DNA from: an uncultured Muribaculaceae bacterium
Lineage (GTDB): Bacteria; Bacteroidota; Bacteroidia; Bacteroidales; UBA932
Reading direction: 5' to 3'
NCBI GenBank assembly: GCA_964599025.1
Contig: CAZREC010000001.1
Location: 9,820-73,819 of the forward strand
Length of the DNA: 64,000 bases
In this document: one piece after another, positions 10,055 through 19,987 of the stretch
How positions within the stretch are numbered: position 1 is the stretch's first letter
Layout of the letters: the number at the start of each line of letters is the position of its first letter
Notes under the pieces: model-generated
Told to the model about the DNA's origin: nothing
What the model saw: only the letters and a program-made list of their open reading frames with translations
Databases searched by the model: none
Program-made: the position numbers and the translations under genes

Positions 10055-10849
10055 ATGAAAACATACCTTTCTCTTTTAAGTCATATAATGGAAAACGGAA
10101 CGCTTAAGAGCGACCGTACCGGTACCGGCACAAAAAGTGTGTTCGGCTATCAGATGCGTTTCGATCTTAGCAGTGGTTTTCCTTTGTTGACAACAAAAAA
10201 ACTACATCTTAAGTCTATCATTTATGAACTTCTATGGTTCATAAATGGAGATACAAATATTAAATACCTTAAAGACAATGGGGTTTCTATTTGGGATGAG
10301 TGGGCCGACGCCAATGGGGACCTGGGCCCGGTCTATGGAAGTCAGTGGCGTTCATGGAAAAAGGCAGACGGCGGCTCGGTAGATCAGCTGTCGGCCCTGA
10401 TAGAAGGAATCAAGAACAACCCTGATTCGCGCCGGCATATAATTTCTGCATGGAACGTCGGAGAGATTGACAAGATGGCCCTGCCTCCATGTCACGCCCT
10501 TTTTCAGTTCTATGTTGCAGAAGGCCACCTGAGTTGTCAGCTTTACCAGCGAAGTGCCGATGTTTTCATAGGAGTGCCATTCAATATTGCCTCATATGCT
10601 CTCTTTACAATGATGGTAGCACAGGTGTGCGGATTGAAACCGGGGGAGTTTGTCCACACATTCGGCGATGCTCATATATACCTTAACCATTTTGACCAGG
10701 TCAAGCTTCAGCTTTCCCGTGAGCCTCGCTCCTTGCCCAAAATGTTAATCAATCCCGAAGTGAATGATATATTCAGCTTTAAGTACGAAGACTTTCAGCT
10801 GGAAGACTATGATCCCTACCCGGGAATTAAGGCCCCTATTGCAGTATAA
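10055..10849 (+). CDS. thyA: Thymidylate synthase
   Basis: [36 protein letters not shown]; 264 aa from ATG 10055. Confidence 0.98.
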   Translation: MKTYLSLLSHIMENGTLKSDRTGTGTKSVFGYQMRFDLSSGFPLLTTKKLHLKSIIYELLWFINGDTNIKYLKDNGVSIWDEWADANGDLGPVYGSQWRSWKKADGGSVDQLSALIEGIKNNPDSRRHIISAWNVGEIDKMALPPCHALFQFYVAEGHLSCQLYQRSADVFIGVPFNIASYALFTMMVAQVCGLKPGEFVHTFGDAHIYLNHFDQVKLQLSREPRSLPKMLINPEVNDIFSFKYEDFQLEDYDPYPGIKAPIAV

Positions 10850-10888
10850 ATCAAAGCGTTTCATTAAGAATTAAACAAGCATATAAAC

Positions 10889-11389
10889 ATGATATCCATA
10901 ATAGTAGCTATTGCCGATAACTATGCCATCGGGTGCAAAAACCAACTTCTTTGGCACATAACGGAGGACCTTCAGTATTTCAAGCGCGTCACACGCGGAC
11001 ATCCTGTACTGATGGGCTGGAACACATGGGAGTCAATAGGGAAGGTATTGCCTAACAGGAGAAACATGGTTGTGAGCCGCACGCCTGCCATAGCTCCCGG
11101 AGCGGAGGTTTTCCTCTCGATTCCAGACGCACTTGCTGCTTTAGATCTGAACAATCCCGAAAATAAGGATCATGAGGTGTTTATTATTGGAGGAGGAGAG
11201 ATATACCGTCAATTCCTTCCGTTGGCAGACCGTCTTTACCTTACAATGGTTCATACGGCAATTGAAGAGGCAGATACATTCTTTCCTGAAATAGATTTCA
11301 GCCAGTGGCGGGAGATATTCCGTGAATCACATCCACGAGGTGAGAAATTCGAACACCCATTCGATTTTGTGGTACTGGAGCGCCTGTAA
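10889..11389 (+). CDS. folA: Dihydrofolate reductase
   Basis: ISIIVA...AIG..NQLLWHITEDLQYFKRVT, LPNRRN, IIGGGEIY, ADTFFP; follows thyA. Confidence 0.96.
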   Translation: MISIIVAIADNYAIGCKNQLLWHITEDLQYFKRVTRGHPVLMGWNTWESIGKVLPNRRNMVVSRTPAIAPGAEVFLSIPDALAALDLNNPENKDHEVFIIGGGEIYRQFLPLADRLYLTMVHTAIEEADTFFPEIDFSQWREIFRESHPRGEKFEHPFDFVVLERL

Positions 11390-11494
11390 GCCCTATGCTT
11401 TCATGGCCAAGTGCTCATTTCCAGCTCATTACATCATTCTGCAAAACCACATAACTTCCTGATTGTCAACCCTTGGCCATGAAAGCATAGGGCT
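11389..11494. mobile_element. MITE-like cassette, 23-bp perfect terminal inverted repeats
   Basis: AGCCCTATGCTTTCATGGCCAAG (11389-11411) and its exact reverse complement (11472-11494), 60-bp spacer. Confidence 0.6.
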
Positions 11495-11590
11495 GAACAT
11501 CTGGGTTGGGCATCTCCGTCGTTGAACATTTTTAGTATTGTTCTGTTATCTTAATATAACAGTAGTAGAAACTATTTACATACACAATAT

Positions 11591-12310
11591 ATGAAACAAT
11601 TGATATTAATGCTCGCATTGGCTATTTTGCCTTTTGCCGCTTTTGCGCAGGCGGGCAACTCAGATAATAACACAAAAAACAAAACAACAATGACAACAAT
11701 AAATAAGTTCGAATTCCCTCAACTACCTTACGCGTTCGACGCTCTTGAACCATTCATAGACAAACAGACAATGGAGATTCACTACGGCAAGCATCACAAA
11801 GCATATTTCGACAACTTTGGCAATGCAATCAAAGGCACAGAGCTGGAATCAAAAACCATCGAAGAGATTTTCGCAAACATAAGCAAGTACCCCGCAGCGG
11901 TCCGCAATAACGGAGGCGGATTTTACAACCATGTAATTTACTGGGAAAGTATGAAGCTTAACAGCGGCAAATTGTCTGCAAAGCTGCAAACTGCCATCAA
12001 CAAGACCTTCGGATCAATTGACGAGCTGAAGAAGCTGTTTCTTGACGCAGGCAAGACACGTTTTGGCAGCGGTTGGTCGTGGCTAAGCGTTAACGACAAA
12101 GGAGAGCTCTTTGTCTCTTCTACACCAAACCAGGATAATCCTCTTATGGATGTTGCAGAAAAGAAGGGAACACCAATACTTGCAATGGATGTATGGGAGC
12201 ATGCTTACTACCTTAAGTATCAGAACAGACGCCCAGACTACGTTGAGGCGTTCTGGAACATAATCAACTGGGAGTTGGTATCTAAAAAATACGAGGCGCT
12301 CGTTAAATAG
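11591..12310 (+). CDS. sod: Fe/Mn superoxide dismutase with N-terminal signal peptide
   Basis: LPYAFDALEP, HYGKHH, NNGGGFYNH, RFGSGW, DVWEHAYY; signal peptide MKQLILMLALAILPFAAFA. Confidence 0.95.
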   Translation: MKQLILMLALAILPFAAFAQAGNSDNNTKNKTTMTTINKFEFPQLPYAFDALEPFIDKQTMEIHYGKHHKAYFDNFGNAIKGTELESKTIEEIFANISKYPAAVRNNGGGFYNHVIYWESMKLNSGKLSAKLQTAINKTFGSIDELKKLFLDAGKTRFGSGWSWLSVNDKGELFVSSTPNQDNPLMDVAEKKGTPILAMDVWEHAYYLKYQNRRPDYVEAFWNIINWELVSKKYEALVK

Positions 12311-12319
12311 AAAATAGCA

Positions 12320-12442
12320 CGTGGCACGATAAGTGGTATATAATTATTAATAAGCATATTAGTAGAAATGTTTTTAAACCAAATTGTTTAAATGTTTTAA
12401 TATATGCTTGAATATTAGAGAGATACCACTTATTGTGGCACG
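12320..12442. mobile_element. MITE-like or long-hairpin cassette, 20-bp terminal inverted repeats (18/20)
   Basis: CGTGGCACGATAAGTGGTAT (12320-12339) vs ATACCACTTATTGTGGCACG (12423-12442); nested internal inverted repeats. Confidence 0.55.
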
Positions 12443-13348
12443 CTAATTTACCAGGTCCTGAATAATCTCTTCAGCTCTCTCCTCCTTCCTAACCATCGAT
12501 GCCACCTGTCCTATTTCCAGTTCTCCCTGAGAGAGGTCTCCTTCAAAGATTCCTCTTTTTGCACGTCCCCTGCCAAGTAGTTCCGAAAGCTCTTCGGCAG
12601 AGGCTCCCCTGTTCTCGGCTTCAACGACTGCCATAGAAAAATCGTTATCAACAAGACGGGCGGGAGCGAGTTTTTTCAAAAGTAATTTTGTCTCTCCCTC
12701 CTTGAGACCCCGGCATCTTGCTTTAAAATCGGGATGCGCGGAGCTCTCGGTGCAAAGTGCAAAACGGGTTCCAATCTGAACGCCCTCTGCTCCCAAGGCA
12801 AATGCGGCATTGTAACTGGCGCGGGAAGCAATCCCTCCGGCTGCAATCAGCGGTATAGTTATAGCTTCGCGCACCTGCGGAACAAGACAGAATGTGGTTG
12901 TCTCCTCCCGGCCATTATGTCCGCCCGCTTCAAATCCCTCTGCAACAACCGCATCCACACCAGCCTCCTGACACTTTACTGCAAAACCCGAACTGGAGAC
13001 AACATGCGCCACTAAAATTCCGTGACTTTTAAGGAACGGAGTCCACTTCTTAGGACTTCCTGCCGAAGTGAAAACTATCGGCACCTTCTCCTCAACAATA
13101 ATATTCATTATCTCCTCAATCTGAGGATACATCAGCGGGACATTAACCCCAAACGGTTTATCGGTAGCAGCCTTGCAGCTCTTAATATGGTGCCTCAATA
13201 CATCCGGATGCATTGAGCCCGCTCCAATTAACCCCAGTCCCCCGGCTTTACTGACAGCCGAAGCCAGTCGCCAGCCACTGCACCAGACCATACCGGCCTG
13301 AATGATAGGGTATTCTATACCAAAAAGATTACAAATTCTATTTTCCAT
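12443..13348 (-). CDS. FabK / nitronate monooxygenase-family flavoprotein
   Basis: YPIIQAGMVW, GGLGLIG, KPFGVN, AEGFEAGGHNG, AAGGI, GVQIGTRF; start MENRICNL. Confidence 0.88.
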   Translation of the reverse strand: MENRICNLFGIEYPIIQAGMVWCSGWRLASAVSKAGGLGLIGAGSMHPDVLRHHIKSCKAATDKPFGVNVPLMYPQIEEIMNIIVEEKVPIVFTSAGSPKKWTPFLKSHGILVAHVVSSSGFAVKCQEAGVDAVVAEGFEAGGHNGREETTTFCLVPQVREAITIPLIAAGGIASRASYNAAFALGAEGVQIGTRFALCTESSAHPDFKARCRGLKEGETKLLLKKLAPARLVDNDFSMAVVEAENRGASAEELSELLGRGRAKRGIFEGDLSQGELEIGQVASMVRKEERAEEIIQDLVN

Positions 13349-13441
13349 AACTCTACAAATATACTGAAAACACAACATGTTTGCATGTTTGCACAATGGT
13401 AATTATATTTGGATAATATCAACTCAACTACAAGTAAAGTC

Positions 13442-13666
13442 ATGGAAAACGATAATGACAAGATAATTGAGATATTCTCAGGAACAGTCTGGGAGTGTGA
13501 AATGGTAAAGTCTCTTCTAGAGAACGAAGGAATAGTATGCTTCTTCCGTAACTATCTGGGTACATCGTATGGCTATATTCCCACTTCGTCAGAATCTGTA
13601 CGAATCATGATTTCAGGTTCCGATTATGAAAAGGCAAAAATTGTTGTAGACTCATATATAAATTAA
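13442..13666 (+). CDS. Small DUF2007-like protein
   Basis: EIFSGTVWECEMVKSLLENEGI...VRIMIS..DYEKAKIVV pattern. Confidence 0.75.
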   Translation: MENDNDKIIEIFSGTVWECEMVKSLLENEGIVCFFRNYLGTSYGYIPTSSESVRIMISGSDYEKAKIVVDSYIN

Positions 13667-13739
13667 TGTTTTCACGTTACACTTTTGACGAGGTTGAAAT
13701 GAGTAATATAAATGAACCATAACTTCTGATATAAAATAG

Positions 13740-13810
13740 TCAAACACAGCTCATACGCAGCTTTCCAGTTTTCTTCGAAAACCTGAGGCTGCTTCAAGAG
13801 CTGTGTTTGA
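13740..13810. terminator. Long stem-loop between convergent genes
   Basis: TCAAACACAGCTC/GAGCTGTGTTTGA (13 bp perfect) enclosing GCAGC/GCTGC, CAG/CTG and TTTTC/GAAAA. Confidence 0.55.
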
Positions 13811-13837
13811 GTTTAATAATATGTATTACTGACGCTA

Positions 13838-14341
13838 TTATTTCCGTCCCTTACATCTCTCAAGATAACCAACGAGTTCTGCCGCCTTGTCCCCTGAATA
13901 AAAGTAAACAGCAGAATATGGTTCATAAGTAAATGGAACATATTCCAATATCTGAATGGCAGCAAATTGGTTGTCCTCAGATGAGATATATTCGATTTTT
14001 GCATTCCCTTCGCTATCGAATTTTGTTGGTTCGGCATCCTTGAAGCTCTCTTCCGACAATATTTTATCGAATTTGACCATACTGGCTTTTTCAAAGAAAT
14101 TTGAACTGAATTTAACCGGACTGCCTGTTTTTTCATATATGGTTCTTTTGTATTTGACCGCCAGTATTACCAGTCCAAGAGAAATAAGAATTGCTCCTAT
14201 CAAATATTGTGAGAAAAACATACTTCCAACCCCTAGGTCAAAAATAAGGAAAGAGGTTACAATGGCCCAGTAGTTTATACTTGTATTTATATCGGGATGA
14301 GTGATAGTTTTTATATTTGTTTTTTGATCTTGTGCTTTCAT
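13838..14341 (-). CDS. Hypothetical membrane protein (2 TM)
   Basis: 167 aa; two hydrophobic segments, then a soluble domain (QFAAIQILEYVPFTYEP). Confidence 0.75.
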   Translation of the reverse strand: MKAQDQKTNIKTITHPDINTSINYWAIVTSFLIFDLGVGSMFFSQYLIGAILISLGLVILAVKYKRTIYEKTGSPVKFSSNFFEKASMVKFDKILSEESFKDAEPTKFDSEGNAKIEYISSEDNQFAAIQILEYVPFTYEPYSAVYFYSGDKAAELVGYLERCKGRK

Positions 14342-14448
14342 CTTTTTTATGATTTATTGTTAATGACTATTATACATACACAACCATAAACCCTCATTAC
14401 AACTATTGAATGAAAATTTATGATTGTAAACCGTAAAAAGATAAAGTT

Positions 14449-14850
14449 CTAAATGATAATCTCCCTTAGGACAAATACAAAGTAATTGCCGGGCGTTTTA
14501 GATGAATGAACGAAGTATGGCAAAAATGGTTTTAACGTAACTCTTGAGAGTATCTTTTCTCTTAAATATGAGTACGATAAAATCTTCTCCAGCAGATATG
14601 CAGAAAACACACTTATTGATGTAACCTCTGCCTGTGGCGTTCCTCCGGAACCACTATTGAGAATCGCAGCACTTCCATGAGAAAGGTTAGCATTTGAAAA
14701 TTGAAACTGGCTCGTAAAGTCACAGGATCCGGAATTATAAATGTAATAGTTATCGCTGATATCCGAGATATTCAAATAAGGGGTTATCAGCAACATCCCG
14801 GTAATAACTACCAGAAATCCGGAGAAAATTATATTTCTAACCAGTCGCAT
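14449..14850 (-). CDS. Hypothetical protein
   Basis: 133 aa, N-terminal hydrophobic stretch, -7 box at 14856-14863. Confidence 0.5.
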   Translation of the reverse strand: MRLVRNIIFSGFLVVITGMLLITPYLNISDISDNYYIYNSGSCDFTSQFQFSNANLSHGSAAILNSGSGGTPQAEVTSISVFSAYLLEKILSYSYLREKILSRVTLKPFLPYFVHSSKTPGNYFVFVLREIII

Positions 14851-14890
14851 TTCCGCAAATATAGTAATTAACAGTCAGCAGTGAAAAAAG

Positions 14891-17365
14891 TTACTCCTTT
14901 CTCCTTGATTTCACAATCTCCACACCTATTCCGGCTATGAGCAACAACAACAATAAACCCGAGCTTATTCTTGAATATAGTGCCCCTTTACTGAACGATT
15001 CCGGCTCAAAGACAAATTCAATCTTATGGTTTCCAGCAGGCAGTTTCATTGCTCTCAGAATATAATTTGCCCTGAATATCGATGCCGGTTCTCCGTCAAC
15101 GGTTGCTTTCCAGCCCGCAGGATAATAAACCTCGCTGAATACGGCAATTCGCTCCTTAGCAGAAATATATTCGTAATTAAGTTTGTTTGGCGCATAGCCT
15201 GTGAGCCTGATTGTGTCGGAATTTGTAGCATAAGTTGTATCAGTCACGTTAAAACCTTCAATCTCCTTTGCAAAATCTTCCGATACAACAGCCGTATTTT
15301 TAATGTCAACCGTTCCCAGCAGTCCAATCTCCTCTTTTGCCCCTGTTGCCCGTTTAACATCATTCACAAACCAAGCATTACCCATTGCCCCGCTGTTTTT
15401 AAGAGGGGGATTTTCTCCTCCGACAATAAAATACTTTGTGTTTAGCATATTCAGAACAGGATAGTCTCCCAGCTTTGCCTGTGCCTCATCAATCGTCTTG
15501 CTTCCATTTATATCCTGCCTCATTTTTTGCATCTCTGGAGCAATAAAGTATTCAATCATGTCCTGATACCGTTGCAATTTTACAGGGCTGTATCCACCTA
15601 TTGTCTTGTGATGATAGCTAACATGGGCGTCGTTAAATGTATTAATGCTTATATCCAGAACCCTGTAGTCAGGGTCGCTATCTTTAAGAATTATTTCGTC
15701 AACAGCTCTTTTTGCATACTGATTTGTGAACTCCCTGTTTGGTACAAAGTGAGAATCGTTAAGGTATCTTTTGTCTACGGTCCAAAGATCGGCTAAAACA
15801 AGCAGACCCAAAATACCGTAAAACCAGACTGGCTTTATCTTCTTTGTAAAAGTGAACCAAAGTGCCCCGGCTGCAAGAAGAATGAAGATAAATGAACGGA
15901 AAGCATCTGTTCTGAGGAGCGACATCCTGTCCAAAGTCAAAGAATTTTTCATCTGTTCCGGAAACTGACCGTCGGGTGCTCCGACGAATGAACCTGCAAG
16001 AGAAGGAAGAATCATCATCACCAACGCGAAGCCCGCAGTTAGAACCAACGATATAATCATCCCCCTTTTTACCTGCTTTTTATCAAACTCCTCCTTCAGA
16101 ACTCTATCAGTTGCAATGATAGCTAATAAAGGTATGGTAATCTGCAGAATAACCAGTATCATCGAAACTGTTCTGAACTTATTGTAAAGAGGAGCATAAT
16201 TAAAGAAGAACTCCGTAAAGAACAGTAGATGAGAACCCCAAGAAAGCAGGACAGCAATAAGGCTCACTACTGCTACCCACCATTTTATTGGTCCCTTAAG
16301 CAAGATAAGTCCAAGGACGAATAGAAAGAGAGAGATAGCTCCCATATACATTGGACCGGCAGTGAAAGGTTGAGGACCCCAGTAAAGAGGCAGTTGTTTT
16401 ATAATCTGATCGGCCCCCTGATATCCGCCATTTTGCAGAACCTTGTATGTCTCCGAACTTTTAGACAGCTCTCCGGCAGATGCTCCGCCGTTAAAGTTTG
16501 GAATCATAAGATTCGGCATCTCCTGCGGACTGTAGGACCAACTGGTAGCATAAGCAATGTCAAGCCCCTCCTGTTTGTTGTTTTCCGTCAGCTCCGATCC
16601 TCCCCTCATAGTATACTTCGAATATTCATATGTGGGAAGAAGGTGATTTATATTTGTTGCAATTCCTATGGCCCCGGCAACCAAAAGGTAAACCGATGTT
16701 TTAAGGAATTTAAGGAAGTATTTTTCCTTAATTGATGAATATAGAAGAGCAAAACCATAACCTAGAATTATGATTGCCAGGTAATATGTTATCTGAGGAT
16801 GATTTGCCTTTATCTGAAAACTCAGTGCCAATGCGAAAAGGAGGGCTCCCAGCAATGGTTTTTTCTTGTATGCATAAACGACTGCAGCAAGAACCCATGG
16901 CATAAATGCAATGGCAACCATTTTTGAATTGTGCCCAACCTGAATTAACTGTGGATTATATGCACAGAATGTAATTGCTATTGCTCCTATGACAGAAAGG
17001 TAAATATTGACCCCAAATGCCAGAAACAGCAGGAATGATCCGATGAGGCTTATAAGAAGATAGCTTGGTGGTCTTTGCCCCACAAATAACAAGTTATACA
17101 GATAATCCGTATAGTCTCCTTCGTACTTGACAGAAATACTGGTGGCGGGCATTCCCGAAAACATAGAGTTTGTCCACAATGTCGGCTCCTTATCAGGATT
17201 AGCCTCGTTATACTGAATTATTTCGTTGGCCATTCCTCTCCAGGAGGCAATATCGGACTGATTTACAACCTTCCCCTGAAAAACCTGAGGGGTAAACATG
17301 TATGCCAGAATCGCAAATGCCAGAATCGCAAGAGCGTGAGGCAGATATTGTTTGTAACTATTCAT
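14891..17365 (-). CDS. YfhO-family polytopic membrane protein (GT-C-like)
   Basis: QSDI..W.GM, LWTNSMFSGMP, YWGPQPFTAGPMY, IGGYSPVKLQRYQD, VFSEVYYPAGW, RANYILRA. Confidence 0.9.
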   Translation of the reverse strand: MNSYKQYLPHALAILAFAILAYMFTPQVFQGKVVNQSDIASWRGMANEIIQYNEANPDKEPTLWTNSMFSGMPATSISVKYEGDYTDYLYNLLFVGQRPPSYLLISLIGSFLLFLAFGVNIYLSVIGAIAITFCAYNPQLIQVGHNSKMVAIAFMPWVLAAVVYAYKKKPLLGALLFALALSFQIKANHPQITYYLAIIILGYGFALLYSSIKEKYFLKFLKTSVYLLVAGAIGIATNINHLLPTYEYSKYTMRGGSELTENNKQEGLDIAYATSWSYSPQEMPNLMIPNFNGGASAGELSKSSETYKVLQNGGYQGADQIIKQLPLYWGPQPFTAGPMYMGAISLFLFVLGLILLKGPIKWWVAVVSLIAVLLSWGSHLLFFTEFFFNYAPLYNKFRTVSMILVILQITIPLLAIIATDRVLKEEFDKKQVKRGMIISLVLTAGFALVMMILPSLAGSFVGAPDGQFPEQMKNSLTLDRMSLLRTDAFRSFIFILLAAGALWFTFTKKIKPVWFYGILGLLVLADLWTVDKRYLNDSHFVPNREFTNQYAKRAVDEIILKDSDPDYRVLDISINTFNDAHVSYHHKTIGGYSPVKLQRYQDMIEYFIAPEMQKMRQDINGSKTIDEAQAKLGDYPVLNMLNTKYFIVGGENPPLKNSGAMGNAWFVNDVKRATGAKEEIGLLGTVDIKNTAVVSEDFAKEIEGFNVTDTTYATNSDTIRLTGYAPNKLNYEYISAKERIAVFSEVYYPAGWKATVDGEPASIFRANYILRAMKLPAGNHKIEFVFEPESFSKGALYSRISSGLLLLLLIAGIGVEIVKSRRKE

Positions 17366-17376
17366 TTTTTGTATGG

Positions 17377-18708
17377 TTAATTTTTGTTTTTTATTAGCTC
17401 ATCCAGAAGCTCTGCAATTTTTTCACACAAGCCCCTTCTTGAATACCGGTCAATTTTTCCTGACATTACAGGAACCTCTCCCCTTCGGAAAAATTCGTAC
17501 TGAACATCTATCCACTCTTTTGCCCCTTTATAGTCCGAATAGTCAAACATTGCTCCGGCCTCGCTCTCCCCGAGAGCAATATCCATATCTCCGCCTTTCG
17601 GTCCAAAACCAATTATTGGTCTTCTGGCTGCAAGATACTCAAAAAACTTTCCCGTAAGTATCCCTTTTGCCTCAGGTTCCTGACCACCGGCCAGAAGAAG
17701 TACCCTTGCCGATTGCTGCCACCTTACAACCTGACTGTGCGGCATATAGTCCATTTTTATAAGGTTGCCGTTAAGTCCGCTATTCTTTATGTCTGCCCAG
17801 ACCGACTCGTCTGTCTGCCCTATAATCCTTATCCTCAGATCCTCTGCAAAAACCGGATCAGACTTTACCTTTTCTCCCAGAAGTCTCCAAAGCTCCTTCG
17901 GATTCCTGTCTTTCACAAAGAGTCCTGTGTATGTAATTGTGAATTTCTCCTCGGGAGATTCATGCTCCCCGGAAAAGTCACTATGGTCAAATCCATTAGT
18001 TATTACCTCAATACGCTTAGGATTAAGTCCAATATACTCATCCTTCATTACATTTGTTACAACAACAACAGCGTCGGCCCGCTGAACAACATTCTTTTCC
18101 ATTTTTTTATGGATCGATTCCGTCAGCCTTGTGTTGTTCATGTATTTGAAGTTATACATCCTTGTCCATGGATCACGGAAATCTGCAAGCCAGGGAATCC
18201 CGGTGCTACCGGCCACCTTCATCGCTATCATGTGCATCGAGTGCGGCGGGCCGGTACTAACAATTGCATCCACCGGATTTTCCTTAAGATACTTCTCTAA
18301 AAATCTTACAGAAGGTGCTATCCAGAAACACTTAGGATCTTGTATGAAAAAATTGCTTCTTATATAAAGCGATATCTTTTCTGCCCATTGTCCATCGCTC
18401 TTTACATCCTTTCCTTTCCCGGATGCCTGCTGCCCAATAAATCCCGGCTTGATGCCCTGGCCCTTTTTCCCGGTAATCAGTTTGTATAAAGAGTACGGTT
18501 CTACTATTTTTCTTTTTATTATGGTTGTACCGGCCGGTATCTCTCCCAGCAACTCTTCGTCCATAGCCATAAATTCAGGATTAAGCTGAGTGTATACAAC
18601 CGGTTCCCAGCCAAACTCCCTGAGGTATTTGACAAACTTGAGCCATCTCTGTACTCCGGAGCCCCCTGCCGGCGGCCAGTAATAGGTTATAATGAGTACC
18701 TTTTTCAC
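17377..18708 (-). CDS. Glycosyltransferase family 4 (GT-B)
   Basis: ITYYWPPAGGSGVQRWLKFVKYL, STGPPHSMH, ADFRDPW, ITNGFD, GKFFEYL; GTG start. Confidence 0.9.
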   Translation of the reverse strand: MKKVLIITYYWPPAGGSGVQRWLKFVKYLREFGWEPVVYTQLNPEFMAMDEELLGEIPAGTTIIKRKIVEPYSLYKLITGKKGQGIKPGFIGQQASGKGKDVKSDGQWAEKISLYIRSNFFIQDPKCFWIAPSVRFLEKYLKENPVDAIVSTGPPHSMHMIAMKVAGSTGIPWLADFRDPWTRMYNFKYMNNTRLTESIHKKMEKNVVQRADAVVVVTNVMKDEYIGLNPKRIEVITNGFDHSDFSGEHESPEEKFTITYTGLFVKDRNPKELWRLLGEKVKSDPVFAEDLRIRIIGQTDESVWADIKNSGLNGNLIKMDYMPHSQVVRWQQSARVLLLAGGQEPEAKGILTGKFFEYLAARRPIIGFGPKGGDMDIALGESEAGAMFDYSDYKGAKEWIDVQYEFFRRGEVPVMSGKIDRYSRRGLCEKIAELLDELIKNKN

Positions 18709-18717
18709 AGATTCTTT

Positions 18718-19899
18718 TTAGTCCTTCACAAAAATATTATACATCGCCCTAATTACATCGCCCTGAATTACAGTAAAGCCATCTTTATAGACAGGAGTAC
18801 ATCCGTTAGTCATCATTACAACTCCGAACTTCTCCTTTGGCTCAAAAAACATTGCACTGTACAACCCATAGGCAGATCCTGTATGGCCTACCATATCCTC
18901 TCCCGGAATCAGGTTGTAAGTATGAAGAAGGGCCATACAATACTTGCTCCATTCACTGGTTGCAATTACAGGGGTCTGCATCAGACGCGAGCTCTTTTTT
19001 GAAATTATCCTCACCCCGTTTGACTTTCCGTAGTTCATGTGCATAATCATATATTTGGCCAGATCCTGAGCAGATATCTTGATTCCGCCGGTAGGCGAGA
19101 ACAATGGTGTGCTGTAGCCCATTTTATATCCGTTGGCAATATCTGCAGACCTGCTGCGGTATGCAGAAGGGTCAGCAACAAATTTTCCTGTTGCGTCCTT
19201 TGAATACAATGTCACAAACAAGTTTGCATCCAGCGAATCCACATTGTGATTAGCATAAAGGCCAAGTGGTTTTATAATATTATCCCTTACGTAATTGTCG
19301 AAGCGCACACCCGATAGTTTTTCAACAAGGGAGCCGATAATATTAAAACCAAGGTTGCAGTAGTCATACTTCTCCCCCGGAGCATAATAACTGTGATATG
19401 CCTTAGCGTAGCCGGGATTTTTTTCAGGATTGACAAGGTCAAGATCGAAATAGCCCAGTGAATCGCAAAGACTCGATGTGTGAGAAAGAAGCATCTTAAC
19501 AGTAATTTTAATATCCGGATATTTTGGATTTCTGAGCTTGAACCCTATAAGGTCGCTTACATCCATATCCAATGTTAGTTTCTTTTTCTCCACCAACTGC
19601 ATTAATGCTGTTGTTGCAAAAGATTTTGAGATGGAGGCAATCCTGAAAATATCTGCTGGCACAAGATCAATGTTCTTTTCGATGTCTTTCTTACCGAGTG
19701 ATTTTACAAAAACAATTTTTCCATCCTCAACAACAGCCACCGCCAAACCGACAGCATTTGTCCTGGACATGATCTGTTCAAGCTCCTTAACCGCTTGTTC
19801 CTCTTTTGTTATTTTCTCCTGAGACATAACAGAGCCACAGGTAAAAAGAAGAGCCAAAACAAAGAGGGCCATTTGTTTGATAGTTAGAAAATTTTTCAT
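18718..19899 (-). CDS. Serine hydrolase, beta-lactamase class C-like, secreted
   Basis: FRIASISK (SxxK), LLSHTS, YCN, GHTG; signal peptide from MKNFLTI. Confidence 0.88.
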   Translation of the reverse strand: MKNFLTIKQMALFVLALLFTCGSVMSQEKITKEEQAVKELEQIMSRTNAVGLAVAVVEDGKIVFVKSLGKKDIEKNIDLVPADIFRIASISKSFATTALMQLVEKKKLTLDMDVSDLIGFKLRNPKYPDIKITVKMLLSHTSSLCDSLGYFDLDLVNPEKNPGYAKAYHSYYAPGEKYDYCNLGFNIIGSLVEKLSGVRFDNYVRDNIIKPLGLYANHNVDSLDANLFVTLYSKDATGKFVADPSAYRSRSADIANGYKMGYSTPLFSPTGGIKISAQDLAKYMIMHMNYGKSNGVRIISKKSSRLMQTPVIATSEWSKYCMALLHTYNLIPGEDMVGHTGSAYGLYSAMFFEPKEKFGVVMMTNGCTPVYKDGFTVIQGDVIRAMYNIFVKD

Positions 19900-19987
19900 A
19901 ATCTGTTTTTTAAAAGGATATGTTACAAAGATAAAGTTTTGCAATAAAAATATCTACTTTTGTAAGAATGAACCACAATAAATAAGA

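Noticed and set aside
13740..13810. SRP (4.5S) RNA
   Set aside because: Rod-like, but lacks the domain IV GNRA tetraloop with the correctly placed CAGG/AGCA internal loop.
18718..19899. Calling the serine hydrolase or the MBL-fold gene an antibiotic-resistance beta-lactamase
   Set aside because: The motifs show only superfamily membership; substrate cannot be inferred.
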